The notes under the pieces were generated by a model that was not told the origin of the DNA, searched no databases, and saw only the letters and a list, made by a program, of their open reading frames with translations. Shown here in pieces: positions 17,637-27,388 of a stretch of 64,000 bases of DNA; positions within the stretch are counted from its first letter, which is position 1, and the number at the start of each line of letters is the position of its first letter. Location of the stretch: positions 38,241 to 102,240 of the forward strand of contig CAWIOR010000015.1 in assembly GCA_963837825.1 (NCBI GenBank), read 5' to 3'. The translations under genes were made by a program, and so were the position numbers. The DNA is from an uncultured Chloroflexia bacterium. GTDB taxonomy: Bacteria > Chloroflexota > Limnocylindria > Limnocylindrales > CSP1-4.

Positions 17637-19025
17637 ATGAGCCCCCAGACGATCGCGCCCGCGGCCGCCACCGGCCGGCGGGTCGCCCGACCACGGACGT
17701 GGTCGGTCCGCGCCAGCGACGTGGTCGCGGTCGGCGTCGGCAACGGGCTGCTGATCGCGGCGATGTGGGTCCGGCACGGCGGCCTGGGCGAGCTCGGCAC
17801 GTCCGCCGGGATCGTGACGTCGGCCGGCCAGCTGAGCGCCCTGTTCGGGACGTACCTCATCCTCATCGAGCTCGTCCTCATGTCGCGCAGCCCGTGGCTC
17901 GAACAGCTGTTCGGGATGGACCGTCTCGCGGCCGCCCATCGCTGGATCGGGTTCGGTGCCATCTGGCTGCTGGCCGCTCATGGAGCGCTGACGACCGTCG
18001 GCTACGCGATCGGCGACGGGAGCAGCGTCGTCGGCGAGGCCTGGGTCCTGGTGACGACCTACCCGTTCGTGCTGTGGGCGGTCGCCGGGATGGGCCTGTT
18101 CGTGGCGGTCGGGGTGAGCTCGGTCCGCGCGGCCCGGCAACGCCTGTCGTACGAGACGTGGCACGGGATCCACCTGTACGCCTACCTCGCCGTGGCCCTG
18201 ACGTTCGCCCACCAGCTGGTCGTCGGGGCGGACTTCGCCGGCGACCCGGTCGCCCGCCTCTACTGGATCGGCCTGTACGTGGCCACCGCGGCGGCGATCG
18301 TGGCATTCCGGTTCGGCCAGCCGATCCGGCTGTCGCTGCGCCACCGGCTGCGGGTCGCCAACGTCGTCCGGGAGGGACCCGGGGTGGTCTCGGTCTACCT
18401 GACCGGCCGGGACCTCGACCAGCTGGCGATCCGCTCCGGCCAGTACCTGATCTGCCGCTTCCTGACCCGCGACGGCTGGTGGCGTGGCCACCCGTTCTCG
18501 ATCTCGGCGGCCCCCAACGGGGAGTGGCTGCGGATCACGGTCAAGGACCTGGGCGACGACACCAAGCGGCTCCAGCGGATCGCCGTCGGAACGCCCGTCT
18601 ATGTCGAGGGCCCGTACGGGGCGCTGACCGCGCGCGCGGCGGACGCGGCCGCGTGTCCTGCTCATCGCCGGGGGGATCGGGATCACCCCGCTGCGTGCCC
18701 TGCTCGAGGAGCTTCCCGCCCGGCCCGGCCAGCTCACCCTCATCTACCGGGCGCGTCGGGCCGAGGATCTCGTCTTCCGGGCGGAGCTCGACGCGATCGC
18801 CCGCGCGAGCGGCGCGACCGTCCACTACATCGTCGGTCGGCGCGGGACGCGGACCTGGCGGTCGATCCGCTCGGGCCGGGCCCGCTCTCGGAGCTGGTCC
18901 CGGACCTCGACCGACGCGACGTCTACCTGTGCGGGCCCATCCCGATGATGGAGGCGCTCCGACGGACCCTGCGGATCCTCGGCGTGCCGACCGCCCGGAT
19001 CCATTCCGAACGCTTCGCCTACTGA
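17637..19025 (+). CDS. Ferric-reductase/NOX-like membrane flavocytochrome (haem-binding TM domain plus FAD and NAD(P)H domains)
   Basis: TM region has conserved His pairs (AAHRWIGF, WHGIHLYAYL...FAHQL), and HPFSIS is the FAD motif. The NAD-binding segment RVLLIAGGIGITPLRALLEEL is readable only in another frame between about 18630 and 18850. The start could alternatively be TTG 17586. Confidence 0.8.
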   Translation: MSPQTIAPAAATGRRVARPRTWSVRASDVVAVGVGNGLLIAAMWVRHGGLGELGTSAGIVTSAGQLSALFGTYLILIELVLMSRSPWLEQLFGMDRLAAAHRWIGFGAIWLLAAHGALTTVGYAIGDGSSVVGEAWVLVTTYPFVLWAVAGMGLFVAVGVSSVRAARQRLSYETWHGIHLYAYLAVALTFAHQLVVGADFAGDPVARLYWIGLYVATAAAIVAFRFGQPIRLSLRHRLRVANVVREGPGVVSVYLTGRDLDQLAIRSGQYLICRFLTRDGWWRGHPFSISAAPNGEWLRITVKDLGDDTKRLQRIAVGTPVYVEGPYGALTARAADAAACPAHRRGDRDHPAACPARGASRPARPAHPHLPGASGRGSRLPGGARRDRPRERRDRPLHRRSARDADLAVDPLGPGPLSELVPDLDRRDVYLCGPIPMMEALRRTLRILGVPTARIHSERFAY

Positions 19026-19038
19026 CCGGGGATCACCG

Positions 19039-19575
19039 ATGCTGCCGAAACGTGCCGTTGTCGCCCTCGCCGCCACCGCCCTGGCGCTCGTCCTCCTGTT
19101 CAGCTTCAAGACCCCGGACGACGCCGGGCTGGCCACGTCCCGCGGGGTCGGCCTGCGGATCGGGGCCGTGTCCACGCCGGCAGCCACGCCACGGCCGACC
19201 CGGGTCCCGGTCGCCGACACGGGCCCGGGGGCGACCCAGGCCCCGAGGGCGACCCAGGCGCCCACGGCCAGCCCGCCGTCGGGCGGCGGGGCCCTCGCCG
19301 ACGGGACCGTCGACGGGCCGCTCATCGACACGCGCTTCGGACCGGTCCAGGTCGAGATCACGATCGCCAACGGGAAGCTCACCGACGTGACCGCCCTCGC
19401 CCTCCCGACCGATCATCCTCGGTCCCTGGCGATCAGCGAGTACGCCGAGCCGATCCTCCGGAGCGAGGCGCTCCAGGCACGCAGCGCGCAGATCGACCTG
19501 GTGTCCGGTGCGACCTACACGAGCGTCGCCTACACCCGGTCGCTCCAGGCCGCGCTCGACCAGGCGCATGGCTGA
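19039..19575 (+). CDS. Extracytoplasmic FMN-binding (FMN_bind) domain protein
   Basis: Signal/anchor sequence, a Pro/Thr-rich linker and an FMN_bind domain with the flavinylation motif DLVSGATYTS (SGAT at 19504-19515). Confidence 0.85.
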   Translation: MLPKRAVVALAATALALVLLFSFKTPDDAGLATSRGVGLRIGAVSTPAATPRPTRVPVADTGPGATQAPRATQAPTASPPSGGGALADGTVDGPLIDTRFGPVQVEITIANGKLTDVTALALPTDHPRSLAISEYAEPILRSEALQARSAQIDLVSGATYTSVAYTRSLQAALDQAHG

Positions 19576-20429
19576 CCGGGGCGGCACGGCGGTCGGTGCC
19601 GTCCGTCCGCGATCGGCGCCGGAGGCCGGGCCCGGGCTCGGGCCGGCGTCGGAGGCCGGGCCCGCGTCCGCGGCGCCGCCCCTCCACCGGGTCGAGCGGA
19701 TCATGGGCACGGCGATCGGCATCGACGTCCGCTCGCCCGGCCTGGCCACGGAGGTGCTCGACGCGGCATTCGCCCTCCTCCGCGACGTCGACGCCCGGTA
19801 CAGCACGTACCGCCCCGACAGCGAGGTCAGCCGGCTCATCCGGGGCGAGCTCGACGAGGCCGACGCGGCGCCCGACCTGCGGGCGATCCTCGGGCTGTGC
19901 GAGGACCTGCGCCGGACGAGCGACGGCTACTTCGACATCCGGGCGCCACCGGCCGGACGGCCGGCCGGATCCGACCGGGCTGGTCAAGGGCTGGGCGATC
20001 GAGGAGGCGTCGCTCGTGCTCGACGCCGCCGGCGCGACGGACTACGCGATCAACGCCGGCGGCGACGTCATCGCCCGAGGCGAGCCGGAGCCCGGGCGGA
20101 CCTGGCGGGTCGGCATCCGCCATCCGGGCAGGGCCGACCGGGTCGCGGCCGTGCTCGGCATCCGCGACCGCGCGGTGGCCACCTCCGGCGCCTACGAGCG
20201 TGGCGACCATATCGTCGATCCGCACACCGGACGCCCGGCACGGGAGCTCCTGAGCGTCACGGTCGTGGGCCCGAGCCTGACCTTCGCCGACGCCTACGCG
20301 ACGGCCGCCTTCGCGATGGGCCTCGAGGGGCCGGCCTGGGTCCACGGGCACCCGGGCTATGGCGCGTTCGCCATCACCGTCGACGAGCGTTCGATCTGGA
20401 CCCCGGAGGTCGACCGGCTGCTCGCCTGA
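19568..20429 (+). pseudogene. apbE: FAD:protein FMN transferase ApbE (one frame break near 19950-19975)
   Basis: The N-terminal half (RIMGTAIGIDV...) is in ORF 19508..20560. The C-terminal half (DPTGLVKGWAIEE...AVATSGAYERG...DPHTG...FADAYATA) is in ORF 19596..20429. The ATG overlaps the upstream stop. Confidence 0.85.
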
Positions 20430-20448
20430 ACCTGTCAGCCACGGCGGG

Positions 20449-21852
20449 CTACCGCTCTGGCAGGACCTTGCCCGGGTTCAGGATCCCGAGCGGGTCGAGG
20501 GCGGTCTTGATCGCCCACATCATGGCCACCGCCCCGGGACCGCGCTGCAGCTCGAGGTAGTCGCGTCGGGCGACGCCGATGCCGTGCTCGGCGGTGACCG
20601 TCCCGCCCAGCTCGATCGCGGCGCGGTAGAGGGCATCGGTCGCCCGCTTGAGCTTCGCCTCGCCGTCGGGGTCGCCGCGCTCCAGGATGATGTTGGGATG
20701 GAGGTTCCCATCGCCGACGTGGCCGAACGTGGCGATCGTGAGCCCCTGCTCGGACGCCACCCGCTCGATCGCGACGAGCAGCTCCGGGACACGCCCGCGC
20801 GGGACCCCGACGTCCTCCATCCGGGCGACCCCCAGCCGCTCCATCGCCAGGAACGCCATCCGCCGACCCTGGCGGAGCCAATCCGCCTCCTGCTCGTCGG
20901 CGGCCAGCAGCGTGGCCGACGCCCCGGCGCCCTCGCAGGCCCGGGCGGTCGTCTCGAGCGCGCCGGTAGCGGCGGCTCCGGGCAGGTCGGACTCGACCAG
21001 GAGCATCGCCGCGGCGTCGCGGTCGAGGCCGAGCCGGTGGACGTCGTCGACCGCCCGGATCGTCGTCCGGTCCATCAGCTCGAGGGTGCACGGCTCGACA
21101 GCGGCATCGGCGATGGCCGTGACCGCCCGGCCGGCCGCCTCGAGGCTCGGGAAGAAGGCGATGAGGGTCGCCTTCGGCGGCGGCGCGGGGCGCAGGCGGA
21201 GGGTCGCCTCGGTCACGATGGCCAGCGTGCCCTGGCTGCCCACGATGAGCGGGATGAGCCCGTACCCGGCGACGTCCTTGACCGTCCGACCGCCGAGCCG
21301 GACGACCGAGCCGTCGGCCGTCACGACCTCGAGCCCGACGACCGAATCGCGGGTGACCCCGTACTTGACGCAGCACAGGCCGCCGGCGTTCGTTCCGAGG
21401 TTCCCGCCGATCGTGCAGGTCTCGTAGCTGGCCGGGTCCGGGGCGTAGAAGAGGCCCTCTCCGGCGACCGCCTTCTTGAGCTCGGCGTTGATCACTCCCG
21501 GCTGGGTCACGACGACCAGGTTGCGGCGGTCGATCTCGAGGATCCGGTCCATCCGGGTCAGGGCGATCGTCAGCCCACCGGCCACCGCCGCCGCACCACC
21601 GCTCAGGCCGGTGCCCGCGCCCCGCGGGACGACCGGGACGCGGTGGGCTGCGGCGAGCCGGACGAGCTCGGCGACCTCGGCCGTCTCGGTCGGCAGGGCG
21701 ACGGCGATCGGCAGCGGCGGCTCGAGGTAGGCCGTCTCGTCCCGCCGGTAGGATTCCCGGTCGAGCTCGTCCGTCAGGAGCCGAAGCCCGGGCAGGGAGG
21801 CGCGGAGGGCGGACAGGAAGGCCGCCTGGACCGACGCGACCGGGGCTGACAC
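20449..21852 (-). CDS. FAD-linked oxidase (GlcD-like glycolate/D-lactate dehydrogenase family)
   Basis: VVPRGAGTGLSGGA, GVTRDSVVGLEVV and TAEHGIGVAR...DPLGILNPGKV are present. GTG 21852 is chosen as the first sensible start inside ORF 20449..22593. Confidence 0.9.
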   Translation of the reverse strand: MSAPVASVQAAFLSALRASLPGLRLLTDELDRESYRRDETAYLEPPLPIAVALPTETAEVAELVRLAAAHRVPVVPRGAGTGLSGGAAAVAGGLTIALTRMDRILEIDRRNLVVVTQPGVINAELKKAVAGEGLFYAPDPASYETCTIGGNLGTNAGGLCCVKYGVTRDSVVGLEVVTADGSVVRLGGRTVKDVAGYGLIPLIVGSQGTLAIVTEATLRLRPAPPPKATLIAFFPSLEAAGRAVTAIADAAVEPCTLELMDRTTIRAVDDVHRLGLDRDAAAMLLVESDLPGAAATGALETTARACEGAGASATLLAADEQEADWLRQGRRMAFLAMERLGVARMEDVGVPRGRVPELLVAIERVASEQGLTIATFGHVGDGNLHPNIILERGDPDGEAKLKRATDALYRAAIELGGTVTAEHGIGVARRDYLELQRGPGAVAMMWAIKTALDPLGILNPGKVLPER

Positions 21853-21905
21853 GAGAGTCAGGATAGCGGCACCATCGACCGGTCGAGGATCGACCCGGAG
21901 GCGCC

Positions 21906-22550
21906 TCAGCGCGACGAGGCGTCCGCCTCGAACAGGGACCACGAGCCGGCCGCAGCCTGGTCGTCGGGCGCCGACGCCGCCGCTCGTCCGGTCAGCAGGG
22001 TCAATCCGCTGCCGACCTCGGTCGCGACCGCGATGATCTGGCGCCGGTGGACGAGCGCGAACGGGAAGCGCCCGGCCAGGCGGCGATCGGCGAGCCAGCG
22101 GACGCGGACGTTCGTCATCGGCATGAACGCCGGGTCGGTCGAGTCGACGAACGCCGTCAGCGATGCCTGCTCGTGCATGTAGGCGTAGCCGTAGATGATG
22201 TGGGCATCGGTCGTGACGACCAGTCGGCGACGCTGCTTGGGGATGACCCGCTCGGCGTCGTGGACAGCTTCGTCGACCGTCTGGCCGACGATCGCGATCT
22301 CGTCCAGGCGGACCCGGAAGTCGGGGAACGTGATCCGGGTCGGCGCCCCGAGCCTCGACAGGAGCACGACGTCGTGGACCGTGAAGAACCCGTCGAGCAG
22401 GTTCACGTAGTCGGACAGCCGCGGGAAGTGACCGAGGTCGACCGAGCCCTCGGCCCGGAGGTGGGTGCCGATGAGCTGGACCCGGGCGGTCGGCGGGCCG
22501 TGGAGGTCCGACAGCACCGGTGCGATGCGGCCGAGCGGCTCCGTGATCAT
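21906..22550 (-). CDS. Hypothetical protein
   Basis: Intact 214-codon ORF with typical codon bias. I recognised no motif. Confidence 0.6.
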   Translation of the reverse strand: MITEPLGRIAPVLSDLHGPPTARVQLIGTHLRAEGSVDLGHFPRLSDYVNLLDGFFTVHDVVLLSRLGAPTRITFPDFRVRLDEIAIVGQTVDEAVHDAERVIPKQRRRLVVTTDAHIIYGYAYMHEQASLTAFVDSTDPAFMPMTNVRVRWLADRRLAGRFPFALVHRRQIIAVATEVGSGLTLLTGRAAASAPDDQAAAGSWSLFEADASSR

Positions 22551-22632
22551 GCCTGGATCGTGCTCCGCCGCGGACGGTCGGTCTATCGGTCATTGGTACG
22601 ATGGGACCAGGTACGGAGGGACCGCCGGACGC

Positions 22633-24673
22633 TCAGCCGCCATCCAGGTCGGCGACCAGCCGGATCGCCTCGACGGCGGCCGGGTTCTCGAGCGCCGACG
22701 TATCGCCCGGGTCCAGGTCGAGCCAGGCGGCGCGGGCGATCCGGCGCATGACCTTGCCGCTCCGCGTCCGGGGCAGGTCCGGGACCGCCACCACGGTCCT
22801 CGGGCGGACCGGCTTGCCCAGATCGCGGACGACGAGCTCGCCGACCTCGCCGGGCGACCTCGGCGTCCCAGGTCGCGCCGGGCCGCGGGACGCACAGGAC
22901 GACGATGGCCTCGCCCTTCAGCTCGTCCGGGACACCGATCGCGGCGGCCGCGGCGACGGCCGGATGGGCGACCGCGCTGGCCTCGACCTCGGCCGGGCCG
23001 ACCCGCTTGCCGGCCACCTTGAGGGTGTCGTCCGACCGACCGTGGATGTACCAGAAGCCGTCGGCGTCGGTCGCCGCCCAGTCGCCGTGGATCCACAGGC
23101 CGGGGATCCGGCGCCAGTAGGTCTCGAGGTAGCGGTCGTCGTCCGGCTCGGCCCAGAAGCCGCGGGTCATCCCCGGCCACGGCGCCCGGAGGGCGAGCTC
23201 GCCGACCGCGCCGCGGACCGGGCGCCCGCCCCCGTCGACGATGTCGGCGGCCATCCCGACGCACGGGCCGTTGAAGCTCGTCGGTCGGATCGGACGGAGG
23301 AGCGTGCAGCCGACGATCCCGCCGCCGATCTCAGTCCCGCCCGAGTAGTTGACGATCGGCAGCCGGCCCCCGCCGACGACCTCGAAGCACCAGCGCCACG
23401 GATCGGGGTTCCACGGCTCGCCGGTCGAGCCGATGACCCGCAGGAGCCGTCAGGTCGTGGTCGCGGACGGGCGCTTCGCCGTGGACCCGGAGCGCCCGGA
23501 CGAGGGTCGGGCTGACGCCGAAGTGGGTGACCCGGTGGCGCGCGGCGAGCTGCCACAACCGGCCGGCGTCCGGCCAGTCCGGCGCCCCCTCGTACATCAC
23601 CAGCCGCGCCCCGAGGAGGAGCGCCCCGCTGATCGCCCAGGGACCCATCATCCAGCCGAGGTCGGTGAACCAGCACAGGGCGTCCCCGGAGCGGAGGTCG
23701 AAGGTGTGGGCGAGGTCCTGGGCGGCCTTGATCGGGAAGCCGCCATGCACGTGGACGGTCCCCTTCGGCAGACCGGTCGTGCCGGACGTGTAGATGACCA
23801 TGTACGGCGCCTCGGGGTCGGTCGGCGGGACCTCGTCGTCGGTCGGTCCTCCTCGGCCCGCGGGTCGGCGGCCTCCGCCGGCCCGGCCGGCGCCCACTCG
23901 ACGTCCCGACCGGGGGTCATCGGCAGGTCGAGCGTGCCCGCGTCCGAAGCCGGCGGACGACGACCACGGTCCGGACCGTCGGCGCCGCGGCGACCGCCTC
24001 GTCGGCGACGCTCTTGAGGGCGACGACGGACCCGCGCCGGAGGAACCCGTCGGCGGTGATCAGGTGGGTCGCCTCGAACGCCGCCAGCCGGGCGCCGATC
24101 GCGTGCGCGGCGTAGCCGCTGAAGATCGGCGTGAAGACGGCCCGCAGCCGGCCAAGGGCGAGGACCGCCAGCGCCGTCTCGGCGAGCATCGGCAGGAGGA
24201 TGCCCGACGCGAGTCCCCTCGCCCACGCCGGCCGCGGCCAGCCGGCGCGCGGCGCGACGGACCTCGCGGTCGAGCTCGCGCCAGGTGAGCTCCCGGACCG
24301 ACCCGTCCTCTCCCTCCCAGGCCAGCGCCGCGATCGTCGGGCCGTGCGGCGGCCCACGGCTCGGTCGCGGCGACGGCGTGGTTGAACGCGCCGCCGGCCC
24401 ACCAGCGGGCGCGGGCCGGCCCGCCGGCCAGGTCGAGGACCGTCCGTCGGACGGCGCTGCCAGTGGACGCCGAGGTCGTCGGCGGCCGCACCCCAGAACC
24501 AGCCCGGATCGGCCACCGCGCGCGCCTGGAGCGCCTCGAGGCCGCCGCCGCCCGGATCGGTCGTCCATCGTCGCGCCGCGCACGAACCGGGCGAGCCGCG
24601 AGTCGGCCAGGTCGGCCGCCGACGGCTGCCACGGCGCCTCGCTGCCGGGTCGCGCGAACGCTCGGTCGCTCAC
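22633..24673 (-). pseudogene. AMP-dependent acyl-CoA synthetase (Acs/acetoacetyl-CoA-synthetase-like); at least 6 frame breaks
   Basis: Fragments lie in all three minus frames: VSDRAFARPG...WQPSAAD (N-terminus), [56 protein letters not shown], and the C-terminus ...[11 protein letters not shown].... Confidence 0.8.
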
Positions 24674-24815
24674 GCCCGAAGCGTACCCGCCGTCGGGTCG
24701 TCGGTGGGTCCGGCGTGACGAGCCGCCGATCGCTGCGATCCGCAGCCGCCGCTGGCCCGAGGTCGGACTGCGGTAGCATGACCGCTCCGTCGCTCCCGCG
24801 CCCAACGGAGGATCC

Positions 24816-25871
24816 ATGTCCCTCGCCATCGAAGCGGTCGGCCTGACCAAGTCCTACGGCGACGTCCACGCCCTGGCCGGGATCGACCTGAGCGTCGAGG
24901 AGGGCACGGTCCTCGGCCTGCTCGGCCCGAACGGCGCCGGCAAGACGACCGCGGTCCGGATCCTGACGACCCTCCTGTCGCCGGACGGCGGCCGGGCGAC
25001 CGTGGCCGGCTACGACGTCGTCCGCGACTCGAGCGCGCTGCGCCGGGTGATCGGCCTGACCGGCCAGTTCGCGGCGATCGACGGCAACCTGACCGGGCGC
25101 GAGAACCTCGTCCTCGTCGGCCGGCTCTACCACATGGACGTCCGCCGAGGTCCGCCGGCGCGCCGCCGACCTGCTCGAGCGGTTCGAGCTGAGCGATGCC
25201 GCCGACCGGCCGGCCCGGACGTACTCGGGCGGGATGAAGCGACGGCTCGACCTGGCCGCCAGCCTGGTCGGCCATCCGCGGGTCCTGTTCCTCGACGAGC
25301 CGACGACCGGCCTCGACCCGCGCAGCCGGATCGCGCTGTGGGAGGTCATCGCCGGCCTCGTCGCCGAGGGGACGACGATCCTGCTCACGACCCAGTACCT
25401 CGAGGAGGCCGACCGGCTGGCCGACAAGATCGCGGTCATCGACCTCGGCAAGGTCATCGCCGAGGGCACCCAGGACGAGCTCAAGGCGCGGATCGGCGGC
25501 GAGGTCGTCGAGATCCGGCTGACCAAGGTCGCCGACCGCCACGGCGACCTCGACCGGGTCCTCGAGCTGCTGCGCGACCTCGCCTCGGCGGAGCCGATCC
25601 TCGACCACGAGGCCCACGCGATCCGCCTCCCGGTCGAGGGCGGTGCGTCGATCCTGGCCGAGGCCGTCCGCCGGCTCGACGGCGGCCGGGCTCGCGGTCA
25701 GCGAGCTGAGCCTCCACCGGCCGACGCTCGACGACGTCTTCCTGACCCTGACCGGCCACCACGCCGAGGCCGCGTCCGAACCGACGACGACGACGGCGAG
25801 GACCGGTCCGGTCCGGCCCGGGCCGGCCGATCCGCCGCCGCGGCCCGCGCCCCGGAGGGACCCCCGCATGA
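24816..25871 (+). pseudogene. DrrA-like ABC transporter ATP-binding protein (about 2-3 frame breaks)
   Basis: GLLGPNGAGKTT lies in ORF 24816... YSGGMKRRLDLAASL plus LFLDEPTTGLDP lie in ORF 25234... The tail LSLHRPTLDDVFLTLTGH is in a third frame. The 3' end is assumed to be the TGA overlapping ATG 25868. Confidence 0.8.
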
Positions 25872-26699
25872 CCGCCACGACCCGCACGACCAGCACGTCC
25901 CGGCCGGCCGGGCCGGCGCCGCCCCGACCTCTACTGGACCTTCGCCGACGCGCTGGCCGTCACCTGGCGGAACCTCCTCCAGTACGTCCGGATCCCGCAG
26001 CTGCTCGTCTTCTCGACGATCCAGCCGGTGATGTTCGTCCTGCTCTTCGTGTTCGTGTTCGGCGGGGCGATCGCGGCGTCGCGTCCCGGGCGGCAACTAC
26101 GTCAACTTCCTGATGCCCGGGATCTTCGTCCAGACGGCGGTCTTCGGCGCGACCGCGACCGGGATCGGCCTGGCCGAGGACCTCGGCCGCGGGATGATCG
26201 ACCGGTTCCGGTCGCTGCCGATGGCCCGCTCGGCGGTCCTCGCCGGACGGACGTTCGCCGACCTGATCCGGAACGTCTTCGTCGTCCTGCTGATGACCGT
26301 CGTCGGCGTCCTGGTCGGGTTCGAGCCGCTCGAGCGGCGGGCTGCCGGCCTACCTGCTGATGCTCGGTGATCGTCGTCCTGTTCGGCTACGCCTTCAGCT
26401 GGATCTCGGCGCTCATCGGCCTGCTGGTCAAGGACACCGAGTCGGTCCAGGCGGCCGGGTTCATCTGGATCTTCCCGCTGACGTTCGCCTCGAGCGCGTT
26501 CGTGCCGGTCGACGACGATGCCCGACCTGGCTCCAGCCGATCGCCGAGATCAACCCGATCACGGTCACGGTCAACGCCGGCCGGACGCTGCTGAGCGGGA
26601 CCGCGACGCTCGACACGATCCTCCCGCCGCTGTTCTGGATCGGCGCTCATCCTGGTCGTCTTCGTGCCGCTGGCGGTCCGGGCGTACCGCCGGGTCTAG
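25868..26699 (+). pseudogene. ABC-2-type (DrrB-like) permease; at least 4 frame breaks
   Basis: GGAGGGA lies upstream of ATG 25868. TM-rich fragments (VFSTIQPVMFVLLFVFVFGG, FLMPGIFVQTAVFGATATG, IVVLFGYAFSWISALIGLLV, WLQPIAEINPIT) are spread over three frames. The stop is TAG 26697-26699. Confidence 0.7.
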
Positions 26700-27388
26700 C
26701 GGCCACCGGCGCGCGCCGTCGGCAGCCCGCAGCCCGAGCCAGCCGAGGAGGGTCGTTCCGAGGACGCCGGCGAGGCCGATCCCGGCGAGCGCGGGCGGGC
26801 CGGCCGCGCTCGGCGCCGGCGACGGGCCGCGGCCGTTGATCGCGCGCAGGTAGTTGACCAGGTTCCAGCGGTCGGTCTCCGACAGCGTGCCCGGCCCAGG
26901 CCGGCATCCCGCCCGGGAGTCCCGTCGGAGATCCAGGTGTAGATGTCGGCGTCCGAGTGCTGGTCGCAGGTGGCCGCTCCGGAGGTTGGCCGGCGGGAGC
27001 TCGGTCGTGCCCGGCGTCGACGCCGCCGCCGAGCGCGTCGACGCCGTGGCAGCGGGCGCAGTTCGCCTGGTAGAGGACCGCCCCGGCGTCGACCGAGGCG
27101 ACCGTGTCGGGGACCGGGTTCGACGAGCGGCCCGGCGGCCGTCCGCCTGCCGGCCCGAGGATCGCGGCGAGGAGGAGGACGACCGCCGGCCAGCGCCGCT
27201 CAGGACGGCCCCGATCCGGGCACGCGCCGGCCCAGCCGGGCCGGCGCTCGCGGACGTACCAGGCGAAGCCGCCGAGCAGGCACGGCGACCAGGGCGAGCT
27301 GGATCCCGACGACGAGCCCGACGCGTGATCGCGCCACCGCCCGGCCGCGACCGGCGACGGCCGACAGCAGGATCCCGCGCGGGATCAT
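26696..27388 (-). pseudogene. Membrane-anchored c-type cytochrome (frame breaks present)
   Basis: Haem motif ...AVLYQANCARCHG (CARCH encoded at 27046-27060), ...ETDRWNLVNYLRAI..., and TM segments at the N- and C-termini. Its ATG forms an ATGA overlap with the CopCD stop at 27385-27388. Confidence 0.6.
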
